Positions 49,815 to 59,454 of a stretch of DNA of 64,000 nt are shown here, piece by piece. This DNA is from an uncultured delta proteobacterium (GTDB lineage Bacteria > Desulfobacterota > Syntrophia > Syntrophales > UBA2185): contig CAVSPA010000006.1 in NCBI GenBank assembly GCA_963729715.1, positions 32,001-96,000 of the forward strand. The letters are read 5' to 3'. Below the pieces are notes generated by a model. The model saw nothing but the letters and a program-made list of their open reading frames with translations. It had not been told where the DNA came from and did no database searches. How positions within the stretch are numbered: the first letter of the stretch is position 1; each line of letters opens with the position of its first letter. Position numbers and translations under genes: made by a program.

Positions 49815-50099
49815 ATGAAAAAGCGATATAGCCTGAAATCCTTAGATACGTTACCGATCACAGCCATCTCCTTCCTCACCACAGAGGGAAACGAAACCGG
49901 CGAGTGGCGCTCACAAAGACCAATCCTCGATCGGGAAAAGTGTAATCGCTGCGGCCTTTGCTGGATGTACTGTCCGGATAACGCGATCCATGCGGAGGGC
50001 GGTGCATTTCAAATCTCCTACACCTATTGCAAGGGTTGCGGAATCTGCGCGAAAGAGTGTCCCAGAGGAGCCATTTTGATTGAGAAGGAAGAAAGATGA
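49815..50099 (+). CDS. 2-oxoacid:ferredoxin oxidoreductase delta subunit (set 1)
   Basis: TGEWR, CNRCGLCWMYCP and CKGCGICAKECP. Confidence 0.92.
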   Translation: MKKRYSLKSLDTLPITAISFLTTEGNETGEWRSQRPILDREKCNRCGLCWMYCPDNAIHAEGGAFQISYTYCKGCGICAKECPRGAILIEKEER

Positions 50100-51241
50100 A
50101 GAAAGTTATTTCTGCCAACCAGGCCGTCTCGTATGCTGTTCTGGCCGCTAAGGCCCAAGTCATTGCAGCGTATCCCATCACCCCTCAGTCTTCCATAGTG
50201 GAGATGTTGTCAGGGTTCTGCGCAACGGGAGCCCTTCAGGCCAAGTTCATCAACGTGGAGTCGGAGCATTCCGCCATGGCCGCGTGCATCTCCGCGTCAG
50301 TGATGGGGGCCAGAACATTCACGGCAACAAGCTCCCAGGGGCTGGCGTTGATGCATGAGTTGCTTCATTATGCCTCAGGGTTGCGGCTCCCGATAGTCAT
50401 GGCAAACGTCAACAGGGCGCTGGCAAGCCCTTTCAATCTGAAGGCGGATCTGAGCGACAGCCTCTCCCAGCGGGATACGGGTTGGCTGCAGTTCTACTGT
50501 GAGAGCGGCCAGGAGGTCTTTGACACAATCATTCAGTCCTACAAGATATCGGAAAAATTACTGCTTCCTGTTATGGTTAATCTGGAAGGTTTCATCCTTT
50601 CTCACACCTACGAGATTGTCGACCTTCCGGAGCAGAGCCAGATCGACCTCTTCCTCCCGCCCGCGCCCGCCCGGGAGTGCCTTGACGTTGATAATCCCTG
50701 CATGTTCGGGTCAACTACGGATTACTATATCAATTTCCGGTACAAGATGCATCAGGACATGGAGGAGGCCAAGACCTTATGCAGTGAAATCGATGCCGAA
50801 TTTAAGAAGGCGTTTGGCCGGGATTATGGTCTCGTCTCAACCTATCTCTGTGAAGATGCCGACCTTATATTGGTTACAGCAGGAACAATCGCCGGCACAT
50901 GCCGCGTCGTTGCCGACCGCTGCCGGGCCAGGGGAATGAAGGTGGGCGTCCTCCGGATCCGCATGGTTCGTCCTTTCCCTGGAAAGCAGATCTGTGAGCC
51001 GCTTCGAAAAGCAAAGAAGGTGGCTGTGATCGACCGTGACTTCTCTCCCGGATGCGGAGGGATTTTTGCACAGGAGGTCAAGGCCTCCCTCCAGGGGATC
51101 AATTGCGGTCTGCCTGTTTATGAGTTTATCGCCGGCTTGGGAGGCAAGGATGTGACGGATAAAGACATCGAATTAATCATTGAACAAACGCATAATATGC
51201 CGAACCGAGGAGAAAGCACATGGATAGGCCTGCTCAAATAA
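50096..51241 (+). CDS. 2-oxoacid:ferredoxin oxidoreductase alpha subunit (set 1)
   Basis: AYPITPQ, ESEHSA, TATSSQGL and GLGGKD. Confidence 0.92.
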   Translation: MKKVISANQAVSYAVLAAKAQVIAAYPITPQSSIVEMLSGFCATGALQAKFINVESEHSAMAACISASVMGARTFTATSSQGLALMHELLHYASGLRLPIVMANVNRALASPFNLKADLSDSLSQRDTGWLQFYCESGQEVFDTIIQSYKISEKLLLPVMVNLEGFILSHTYEIVDLPEQSQIDLFLPPAPARECLDVDNPCMFGSTTDYYINFRYKMHQDMEEAKTLCSEIDAEFKKAFGRDYGLVSTYLCEDADLILVTAGTIAGTCRVVADRCRARGMKVGVLRIRMVRPFPGKQICEPLRKAKKVAVIDRDFSPGCGGIFAQEVKASLQGINCGLPVYEFIAGLGGKDVTDKDIELIIEQTHNMPNRGESTWIGLLK

Positions 51242-52110
51242 AATTCCCCATACCCGAAGAGGAGCTTGTTTACTCAGGACATACGGCCTGCCCCGGCTGT
51301 GGAGCCGCGCTGGCTATGAAATATGTATTGAAGGGACTGGGTCCGAGAACCATTATTGTCATTCCGCCCTCGTGCATGGGGACCATTGCCGCGGGTTTTC
51401 CTTTTTCTTCACTCAAGATTCCCGTCCTCAGGATTCCTTTTGAATCGACGGCCATAACGGCTTCAGGAATCCGGGCGGCCCTGGATGTCATGGGCAAGGA
51501 AGACATACATGTCCTCGCGTGGGCCGGCGACGGAGGCACGTTTGACATCGGCCTTCAGGCCCTGTCGGGATCGGCCGAGAGAAATGACAATATCATATAC
51601 GTCTGTTATGATAACGAAGGTTATATGAATACGGGGATTCAGCGGAGTTCTTCAACCCCTGCGGGCGCCTGGACGACTACCACTCCCGCACCCTTCGTGA
51701 AAGATACGCCCAAGAAGGACATCGTCCGCATCATGGCCGCCCACAACATCCCGTATATTGCGACGGCCTCCATCGGATATCCCGCCGACCTGATCAGGAA
51801 GGTGAAGAAAGCGAAGGAGATAGGGGGCACGAAGTTCATATTGATCTTTTCCCCCTGCCCAACGGGGTGGCGCTATTCTCCGGAGATGACGATAAGGCTT
51901 GCCAAGCTGGCCACCGAGACAGGAATATTTCCCCTTTATGAAATTGAAAACGGGGAGAAGTACGCCCTGAGTTCCAAACGGTCGGAAAAGCCGCTCCAGG
52001 ATTATTTTGCCCTCCAGGGACGCTTTCGCAATCTCACGAAAGAGAACCTCCAGCAGTTTGAAGAAAGAGTGGAGAAAGAACGGGAATATCTGAAGCGTCT
52101 GGCAGGATAG
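51220..52110 (+). CDS. 2-oxoacid:ferredoxin oxidoreductase beta (TPP) subunit (set 1)
   Basis: ACPGCG, AGDGGTFDIG...DNEGYMNTG and PCPTGW. Confidence 0.92.
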   Translation: MDRPAQIKFPIPEEELVYSGHTACPGCGAALAMKYVLKGLGPRTIIVIPPSCMGTIAAGFPFSSLKIPVLRIPFESTAITASGIRAALDVMGKEDIHVLAWAGDGGTFDIGLQALSGSAERNDNIIYVCYDNEGYMNTGIQRSSSTPAGAWTTTTPAPFVKDTPKKDIVRIMAAHNIPYIATASIGYPADLIRKVKKAKEIGGTKFILIFSPCPTGWRYSPEMTIRLAKLATETGIFPLYEIENGEKYALSSKRSEKPLQDYFALQGRFRNLTKENLQQFEERVEKEREYLKRLAG

Positions 52111-52290
52111 GCTGACGATGCTCTCCGGGGTAGCGAAATCCTGATTCTCAGCCGGAAAAGCATTTTCCGCTCTTGAAGATACTGCCCAGGAAAATCTTGA
52201 ATGGCCGGTGCGAAAAGCATATCCTATTCCTGTTTTGAGGTCCATTTCCATCCGGGGAATGGATATGCATGCGGGAGGATTTTATAAATA

Positions 52291-53121
52291 ATGCTACCTG
52301 AACGGGATATCCGTGATATCATCTTCGCCGGCATCCGGGAAAAGAAGTACATTGCCCACATCTCCGCCCAGACAGAGGGCGTCCTTTCCGGAATCGAATG
52401 GCTGAAAAAGGCCTGCAAGAATCTGGGAATCCATTTGAAGAAATGCAAGAAAAACGGGGCGAGGGTCAGACTGGAGGAGGTCATCGCCGTTCTCACGGGA
52501 AGCGCCAAGCAGCTGGCCGCGGGTGAAGAGCAGCTTATCGGCTGGATCTCAAAAGCCTCCGGTATTGCCACTGCCGCCCGGAAGGCAAAAAAGGCTGCCG
52601 GAAAGAACCTGAAGGTGGTATGCGGGGCATGGAAGAAGATGCCGCTGCCGATCAAAGATCTGGTCCGGCAGGCGATCGCCGACGGAGGCATTCTGTACCG
52701 CATGGCAGATATACCCTTCCTTTACCTGGACAAGAACTACGTCAAGACATTGGGCGGGGTCGCAAAGACGATGCAATCCGTGAAAGGCCTGAAGGGACAC
52801 ACCCTGGTGATACAGCTGAAAGCGGTGGGACATAACCTCCTCCGGGAAGCAATCGTCGCAGCAGAGGGCGGCGGCAACATCATCATGATCGATACAGGCA
52901 GGAAAGAGGATATCGTAAAGATCGATTCCGGGTTGCGGGCAAGGGGTCTGAGAGACCGCGTGCAAATCGCTTTTGCAGGAAACATCGGAATCGGCGATCT
53001 CCAGGAACTAAAGAAGCTGCCGGTAGAGATCGTTGACATCGGACAGGCCGTTGTCGATGCGCCGCTTCTCGACATGAGAATGGATATTACGGCAGAGACG
53101 GGGGAGAAGATTGGAGCTTGA
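52291..53121 (+). CDS. Divergent NadC/ModD-like type II phosphoribosyltransferase
   Basis: EGVLSG, SGIATA and IIMIDTG fold motifs; quinolinate-binding motifs altered (GAWKKMP, YLDKNY). Confidence 0.75.
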   Translation: MLPERDIRDIIFAGIREKKYIAHISAQTEGVLSGIEWLKKACKNLGIHLKKCKKNGARVRLEEVIAVLTGSAKQLAAGEEQLIGWISKASGIATAARKAKKAAGKNLKVVCGAWKKMPLPIKDLVRQAIADGGILYRMADIPFLYLDKNYVKTLGGVAKTMQSVKGLKGHTLVIQLKAVGHNLLREAIVAAEGGGNIIMIDTGRKEDIVKIDSGLRARGLRDRVQIAFAGNIGIGDLQELKKLPVEIVDIGQAVVDAPLLDMRMDITAETGEKIGA

Positions 53122-54001
53122 ACTTTTTGAAAAGACGGAGATCTGGATAAGTCCCATCCATATCGTGGATGTCGACCTGGGATTGATCGCAGAGAAGTTT
53201 GCCGGGATTCTGCACCTCGACAAGAAGGAGATCATGGTCGTCGATGTGCGTGAGGAACTCATCACCCTTGACGTCCTGAAGAAATCCGTCAGGGCCGAGG
53301 ATATTATCGGCAAGAAGGACGCCCTGCTCAAGGCGCTGGCGGCGATCCCCGGAGTCAGTCTCACCCCCGAGACAAGTCTCCACTCCGATGGCATCCTCGG
53401 ATTGATTGCCGTCGAAGATCAAGCGATGGCGGGTGAAATCCTAGGAGGGATGGCGCGGATGCAGCGCGAAATCTCGGAGCGGATACGGAAGAGGGCAATA
53501 GTCTTTCCATCCGGGTTCGAGGTCCGGAGGGGCATGATTCAGGACACCAACAGCCCCTACATCACAGGCCGGCTGACGAAGGAAGGATACAGCGTCACAG
53601 TAGGCGATACGCTCGAAGACGATCTGGAGAGTATTGTCCCGGTACTTCGCCGGACCCTGAGCGAGGGCTATGGACTGATCATCACGACCGGCGGAGTAGG
53701 GGCAGAGGATAAGGACAGGATGGTTGAGGCCCTTCTGAGGATCGACCCTTCGGCGTCCACGCCGTACATAATCCATTACGAAAAAGGAAAAGGGCGTCAC
53801 GAAAAAGACGGGGTCAGGATCGGGGTCGCTTACCTGCATCCCTCTTACGTCATTGCCCTGCCGGGACCGCACGAGGAAGTAAAGGCCGGTATGGATGTCA
53901 TCATCGAGGGATTAAAGGGGGGAATGGGAAAAGAGGATATTGCTTCCGCCCTTGCAAACAAATATGTCGGTCGCCTGAAGCGGCTTCACCATTTGAAGTG
54001 A
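53111..54001 (+). CDS. CinA-N/COG1058-like molybdopterin-binding-fold protein with N-terminal extension
   Basis: GFEVRRGMIQDTN, TTGGVG and LPGPHEE; overlaps the upstream gene by 11 nt. Confidence 0.75.
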   Translation: MELELFEKTEIWISPIHIVDVDLGLIAEKFAGILHLDKKEIMVVDVREELITLDVLKKSVRAEDIIGKKDALLKALAAIPGVSLTPETSLHSDGILGLIAVEDQAMAGEILGGMARMQREISERIRKRAIVFPSGFEVRRGMIQDTNSPYITGRLTKEGYSVTVGDTLEDDLESIVPVLRRTLSEGYGLIITTGGVGAEDKDRMVEALLRIDPSASTPYIIHYEKGKGRHEKDGVRIGVAYLHPSYVIALPGPHEEVKAGMDVIIEGLKGGMGKEDIASALANKYVGRLKRLHHLK

Positions 54002-54094
54002 CACTGAAGATCAGTAACAACTCCACCCCTGCGCAAAGTGCCGGGCCTGATGAAGAGATCAGTTTAAGTCAATAAAGTGAGGGGAAGAAAGAAG

Positions 54095-54655
54095 ATGCTT
54101 GAAATCCGCTTTCATGGTCGCGGAGGCGGGGGTACCGTCGTGCTGGCCACCTTACTCGCCAAGGCTTTTTTTCAGGCCGGTTACCAGGTCCAGAGCTTCC
54201 CCTTTTTCGGTGTTGAACGGCGAGGGGCCCCGGTAGAGGCGTATCTCCGTCTCGCGAGCAAGAAGATTTTAGCGAGAACCAGTGTGACCACGCCGGATCA
54301 TGTAGTTGTTCAGGATCAGAGCCTCATTCAAGACATCGGCGTCATGCAAGGACTCAAGCCGGGTGGTTGGATTTTGCTTAACTGCCCCTTACACCCTTCC
54401 GATATGAGCCTCTTTACAAACTACAAGGTTGCCATTGTGGATGCAACCAGCCTTGCGCTCAAAAACAGGATAGGAAGCAGGACGCACCCCATTGTCAATA
54501 CGGCCATGATAGGTGCTTTTGCGCGCATGATGGAGGCACCGCCGATGGATACCGTCATTGCAGCGATAAGGAAAGAAGTGCCGTCCGACCCTGATAGAAA
54601 TGTCGCCGCTGCAGAAGAGGCGTATCGTGAAGTCCGTTTATTACAGGAAACATAA
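54095..54655 (+). CDS. 2-oxoacid:acceptor oxidoreductase gamma subunit (set 2)
   Basis: EIRFHGRGGGG and FGVERRGAPV. Confidence 0.92.
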   Translation: MLEIRFHGRGGGGTVVLATLLAKAFFQAGYQVQSFPFFGVERRGAPVEAYLRLASKKILARTSVTTPDHVVVQDQSLIQDIGVMQGLKPGGWILLNCPLHPSDMSLFTNYKVAIVDATSLALKNRIGSRTHPIVNTAMIGAFARMMEAPPMDTVIAAIRKEVPSDPDRNVAAAEEAYREVRLLQET

Positions 54656-54668
54656 ATAAGGCGAAGGC

Positions 54669-56414
54669 ATGAAGGTCGCAATAATACCAAAACCGTTTGT
54701 AGCCATAACTTATGAAACGACGGAAAGCAACAAGACGGGCTCTTGGCGCTTTCTCAAACCGCGTTACCAGGATAAGACATCGCCCTGCAGCACCGGTTGT
54801 CCGGCCGGCGAAGATATCGGCATGATTGAGATGCTCGCAAAGCAGGGATTGTTCAAGGAGGCGTGGGAAGCGATCCTCCGGGAAAATCCTTTACCGGGCG
54901 TATGCGGGCGCGTCTGCTTTCACCCTTGCGAGAGCGCTTGCAACAGAAAGGATTTCGATTCGCCCATTGCCATTCACACCCTTGAACGGTTTCTGGCCGA
55001 TGCGGCTGCCGGTTGCGATCTTACGACAACACTGGAAAAGCTCCCCCAAAAGAAACAAAGGATAGCCATCATCGGCGCTGGTCCGGCGGGACTTTCCGCC
55101 GCATGGTTTCTGTCAGTGCTTGGTTATCCCTGTGATATTTTTGAGGCACTTCCTGAAGCAGGTGGAATCTTACGCTGGGGGATACCGGAGTATCGTTTAC
55201 CCGCGGCAGTTCTTCAATCCGAGATTGCCCGGGTTGAAGGCTTGGGAGTGCGCATGTATACGAATAAAGCCGTGGCGTCTGATACATTTGATGAACTTAG
55301 GAAAAGTTACGGCGCCGTTTTTCTCGGCTGCGGCCATGCGCATGGCACGCCGCTCGGATTGACGGGAGAGACCCCGGAAACTGTTGAGGACGGCCTGGAT
55401 TTTTTGAGAAGAGTGAGGCAGGGTGAAATGCCTTTATGTGACGGTTTCTCTGTTGTCATCGGGGGCGGCAACACGGCTGTTGACGTTGCCAGAACCATCA
55501 CCAGGTTTGGCGGCATTGCGGCCATCTTGTACCGCAGGCGCCGTCAGGATATGCCGGCATTCGGAGATGAAATAGAGATGGCGCTCGAGGAAGGTGTGGA
55601 ACTGGAAGAGCTTGTAGCCCCGTCAGCTATTGAACATCATAACGGCCGGCTCAGACTGCTTTTGCGGAAAATGAAAATCAAAGGTCAGGATAAAGATGGT
55701 CGTGGACGGATAGTATTCGACGGGAAAAAGACCGTTAAGAAAGTTGTCGATCATATATTTGCGGCCACGGGCGCCAACGCGGCTGAGTCCTGGCATAGCC
55801 CTCCTTTGGCGCAACGGGAAGTTATCGGCTTCAATAACTGTGTTCTATTGTTGGAGGACAGCGGCGCGCCTGTAATCTACGGCGGGGATCTGACCAATGA
55901 AACAAAAAATGTCGCACAGGCCATAGCCTCCGGCAAGCAGGCAGCGATGGTACTGGATACCTATTTCGAAAGAGGAATCGATGAGATTAAACCCCGGCTT
56001 GAGGCATGCATGGTCGGAAACGGGCCGGCACTTTCCATGGAAGCATATCTCGGGGAAGCGCGCGGAGGCCGCAGTTCCCATATTGTCCAATACGGAGAAA
56101 TCAATACAGACTATTTCCATAGTGAAGATAGGGCGGCTCAACTCCGCCTTTCCGCGGAAGATCGCAGCCGCTCGTTTAATGAAATCGACTTGGGCATACC
56201 CGCTGAGGCGGCCGTCCGGGAGGCCGGGCGCTGCTTCAATTGCGGCCTGTGTGACCAGTGTGACAACTGTTATGTATTTTGCCCGGATGCTGCCGTTATC
56301 AGAAGTAAGAACATGGAAGACCGGCATATCAACTATGATTACTGCAAAGGATGCGGCGTATGCGCTACGGAGTGTCCTCGCTATGCCGTAATCATGGGTG
56401 AGGAGAGACTATGA
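54669..56414 (+). CDS. Delta subunit fused with a GltD-like FAD/NAD(P) module (set 2)
   Basis: N-terminal TGSWR, GRVCFHPCE, GAGPAG, GGGNTAVD, YRRRR and C-terminal CDQCDNCYVFCP/CKGCGVCATECP. Confidence 0.88.
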   Translation: MKVAIIPKPFVAITYETTESNKTGSWRFLKPRYQDKTSPCSTGCPAGEDIGMIEMLAKQGLFKEAWEAILRENPLPGVCGRVCFHPCESACNRKDFDSPIAIHTLERFLADAAAGCDLTTTLEKLPQKKQRIAIIGAGPAGLSAAWFLSVLGYPCDIFEALPEAGGILRWGIPEYRLPAAVLQSEIARVEGLGVRMYTNKAVASDTFDELRKSYGAVFLGCGHAHGTPLGLTGETPETVEDGLDFLRRVRQGEMPLCDGFSVVIGGGNTAVDVARTITRFGGIAAILYRRRRQDMPAFGDEIEMALEEGVELEELVAPSAIEHHNGRLRLLLRKMKIKGQDKDGRGRIVFDGKKTVKKVVDHIFAATGANAAESWHSPPLAQREVIGFNNCVLLLEDSGAPVIYGGDLTNETKNVAQAIASGKQAAMVLDTYFERGIDEIKPRLEACMVGNGPALSMEAYLGEARGGRSSHIVQYGEINTDYFHSEDRAAQLRLSAEDRSRSFNEIDLGIPAEAAVREAGRCFNCGLCDQCDNCYVFCPDAAVIRSKNMEDRHINYDYCKGCGVCATECPRYAVIMGEERL

Positions 56415-57586
56415 AGCAGGTGATGGAAGGCAACTCCGCCGTTGCGGAGGCGGTCCGGCTGGCTAGGGTTCAGGTAATCTCTGCATATCCTATCACACCC
56501 CAATCGCATATCGTGGAGGTTCTGTCGGATTACTGTGCCAGCGGCAAGATGGATGCCCGTTACTTAAGGGTTGAGAGCGAGCACTCCTGTCTTGCGAGCC
56601 TTGTCGGAGCCGCATGCGGCGGCGTCAGGACCTTTACGGCGACCTCGTCAGCCGGCCTCGCCTATATGCACGAAATGCTGCATTGGACGGCAGGATCACG
56701 CCTGCCAATCGTTATGGCAGAGGTGAACCGGGCAGTAGGCGCACCCTGGAATATCTGGTCAGACCAAACCGACAGCCTGTCCCAGCGCGATACGGGCTGG
56801 ATGCAGTTCTACTGTGAAGACGGGCAGGAGGTTTTTGACACAACCCTCCAGGCATTCCGTTTGGCGGAATGGGTTAACCTTCCCGTCATGGTCGTCACGG
56901 AGGGTTTCCTACTCTCACATACCTATGAACCAGTGGATATTCCCGAGCAGGAAGAAGTTGATCGTTTTCTTCCTCCCTACAATCCCGCGTTCAGTGTCGA
57001 TACCAAGAATCCGTTTACATTTAATTCCATCGCCTCTCCTTCAATCTATATGGAAATTCGTCATGACAACGCAGCGGCCATGGATCAGGTGCTGGAGCGC
57101 TTTGATGACGTTGAGAAGGAATTTGAAACCTTATTTAACCGCAGATATGGCGCGATCGAGGCGGTCAATTGTGACGATGCAGAGATTATTCTCGTCACAT
57201 CAGGAACTATTACGAGCACCGGCCGTCTGCTTCTAGAAGACCTGCGAGACAGGGGTGAGAAAGTCGGTCTCCTGAAAATGAAAATGTTTCGGCCATTCCC
57301 TGTGGAATTGGTTTGCGAGGCGCTTAAGCCTGCAAAAAAGGTTGCTGTTATTGACCGGAATTTTTCATCCGGCGCAGGGGGGATATTCCTGCAGGAAGTT
57401 CGGGCGGCGCTCTGCAATAGAGAGGACCGTCCCCTTGTCTTTGGTTATGTTGTTGGCCTCGGTGGAAGGGACGTCACGAAGGCTGTTCTCGAAGAGATCT
57501 ATGAGATGACCAAGAACAACGATATCCCATCGGATAAGAGCATTTGGATAGGACTGAAAGAGGTGAAGCATGCGATTGGACGCTGA
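56411..57586 (+). CDS. 2-oxoacid:acceptor oxidoreductase alpha subunit (set 2)
   Basis: AYPITPQ, ESEHS and GLGGRD. Confidence 0.92.
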   Translation: MKQVMEGNSAVAEAVRLARVQVISAYPITPQSHIVEVLSDYCASGKMDARYLRVESEHSCLASLVGAACGGVRTFTATSSAGLAYMHEMLHWTAGSRLPIVMAEVNRAVGAPWNIWSDQTDSLSQRDTGWMQFYCEDGQEVFDTTLQAFRLAEWVNLPVMVVTEGFLLSHTYEPVDIPEQEEVDRFLPPYNPAFSVDTKNPFTFNSIASPSIYMEIRHDNAAAMDQVLERFDDVEKEFETLFNRRYGAIEAVNCDDAEIILVTSGTITSTGRLLLEDLRDRGEKVGLLKMKMFRPFPVELVCEALKPAKKVAVIDRNFSSGAGGIFLQEVRAALCNREDRPLVFGYVVGLGGRDVTKAVLEEIYEMTKNNDIPSDKSIWIGLKEVKHAIGR

Positions 57587-58496
57587 CGATCGTGAATTCA
57601 TGTGCTCAGGGCATGCGGCTTGTCCGGGCTGCGGCGCAGTTATTGCTCTGCGCATTTTTACAAAGGCCATGGGAGAAAATACCATCCTGGTTATTCCGGC
57701 CAGTTGCACAGGTGTCATCGTCGGTGTTTACCCCCAGTCTGTCATGAGAATTCCCGTGGTCCACGCCCCCATGCCGGCCGGCGCCTCCGTGGCTTCAGGG
57801 CTGCGTGCAGCCCTTGATATGAGGCATGACACGGATACCACGGTTGTTGCATGGGCCGGTGACGGCGGCACCTTCGATATCGGCTTTCAGGCCCTGAGCG
57901 GCGCCGTCGAAAGGAACGAGGATTTTATTTATGTCTGCTATGACAATGAAGCCTATATGAATACCGGCATCCAGCGCAGCTCTTCAACGCCGTATGGGGC
58001 GTGGACGACTACCACACCGGGACAAGATTGGAAAAAACTGCGGAAGAAGAATATCGTTGAAGCCTTGGTGGCGCACCGGATCCCCTATGTGGCGACGGCA
58101 AATATAGCATTTCCGGAGGACCTTGTTCGAAAGGTGAAGAAAGCCAAAGCCGTCAGGGGTTCGAGGTTTTTGCATATCTTCGCGAGCTGCCCCCCGGGAT
58201 GGCGCATCCCCTCCGAGATATCAGTAAAAACGGCCCGGATGGCTGTTCAGACAAATATCTTTCCTCTATACGAGGTAGAAGACGGCGTCCGCTACACCAT
58301 CAATTACAAGGACAGGCAGCGCCCTGTGCAGGACTATTTCGGGGTTCAGGGACGCTTCAGTCATCTGACTGCTGAAGACTTCGATCAGATCCAAAAAATG
58401 GTTGAAAAAGATTGGGCATTGTTACTGAGAAAGGCCGGGGAGCAAGCCGCCGACGCATGCATCCAATCATCGAGCGCTCACGAGGTGAAAGTATAA
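57570..58496 (+). CDS. 2-oxoacid:acceptor oxidoreductase beta subunit (set 2)
   Basis: ACPGCG and AGDGGTFDIG...DNEAYMNTG. Confidence 0.92.
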   Translation: MRLDADDREFMCSGHAACPGCGAVIALRIFTKAMGENTILVIPASCTGVIVGVYPQSVMRIPVVHAPMPAGASVASGLRAALDMRHDTDTTVVAWAGDGGTFDIGFQALSGAVERNEDFIYVCYDNEAYMNTGIQRSSSTPYGAWTTTTPGQDWKKLRKKNIVEALVAHRIPYVATANIAFPEDLVRKVKKAKAVRGSRFLHIFASCPPGWRIPSEISVKTARMAVQTNIFPLYEVEDGVRYTINYKDRQRPVQDYFGVQGRFSHLTAEDFDQIQKMVEKDWALLLRKAGEQAADACIQSSSAHEVKV

Positions 58497-58644
58497 CTTC
58501 AATCTATATGAAACTGTCCTCCTGGCATTTTGTCATGGCAGCACTTCTGATACGGTTCTTTCACATGTTTAGACAATTTGATAGGCATCTTACAACAGGG
58601 GTGCTATACTGGTATTATAATTCGTATGTTGGCAAGGAGGAAGG

Positions 58645-59355
58645 ATGAAAAAGAGAATCGCAGTATCCATTTTTTTTGCGTTAGTTTTTGTCTCCGTAAT
58701 CTGTGGAAACCTGCGCGCTGAAACAGTAGAAGAGACCTTGACAAGAGAATTTCCCGGAGCAGATTTTGATGCTATTAAACCGACAGATATAAAGGGTGTG
58801 TACGAGATCGTCAAAGACTCCGATGTTATCTATTTTGTTCCGAACCCCGGTTATCTTATCGTCGGGGATATCTACGACAAAGAGGGAAGGAATGTCACGG
58901 AAGAGAGGAAGGGCGAGCTTTTTGCCGCAAGCGCAAAAACCCTCCCGTTGGATAAGGCCGTCAAGATCGGAAACGGTAAAAATACCATTGTAGAATTTAC
59001 TGATCCTGATTGCCCCCACTGCAGGACTGCATCCTCTTTTTTAGGAAAGAGAAAGGACGTAACCCGCTATATTTTCTTTTTCCCACTCCCCATGCACGAG
59101 GATGCTGAGAACAAGATAAAATATATCTTGTGCGCCGCCGATCGGGCGAAGGCTTACGAAGATGCCATGCAGGGCAAGCTTGATGATCAGAAATATGAAA
59201 AATGCTCGAAACCTGAGGCAGCTGAACTCTTGGAGCTTCACAAGGAGATGGGGCGAAAGATGCGCATTAGCGGTACACCATTCTTTATCATTAACGGGAA
59301 GAAGTCGATCGCTGGGGCCAATATTCCTGAGATCGAAGAAGCTTTAAAAAAGTGA
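58645..59355 (+). CDS. dsbC: DsbC family thiol:disulfide isomerase
   Basis: Signal peptide, dimerisation domain, FTDPDCPHC and GTP cis-Pro loop. Confidence 0.85.
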   Translation: MKKRIAVSIFFALVFVSVICGNLRAETVEETLTREFPGADFDAIKPTDIKGVYEIVKDSDVIYFVPNPGYLIVGDIYDKEGRNVTEERKGELFAASAKTLPLDKAVKIGNGKNTIVEFTDPDCPHCRTASSFLGKRKDVTRYIFFFPLPMHEDAENKIKYILCAADRAKAYEDAMQGKLDDQKYEKCSKPEAAELLELHKEMGRKMRISGTPFFIINGKKSIAGANIPEIEEALKK

Positions 59356-59454
59356 CCCTTATTTGACCGGCACAGCATCTTAGCTGCGGCCGGGCTTTTT
59401 TCTCGATAAACAAATCATAAGGGCTTTCTATCATGGCTGAAGGCCCATTGTAAT

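Noticed and set aside
52291..53121. Calling this gene nadC
   Set aside because: Quinolinate-binding motifs are altered and there is no nadA or nadB nearby; gene symbol left empty.
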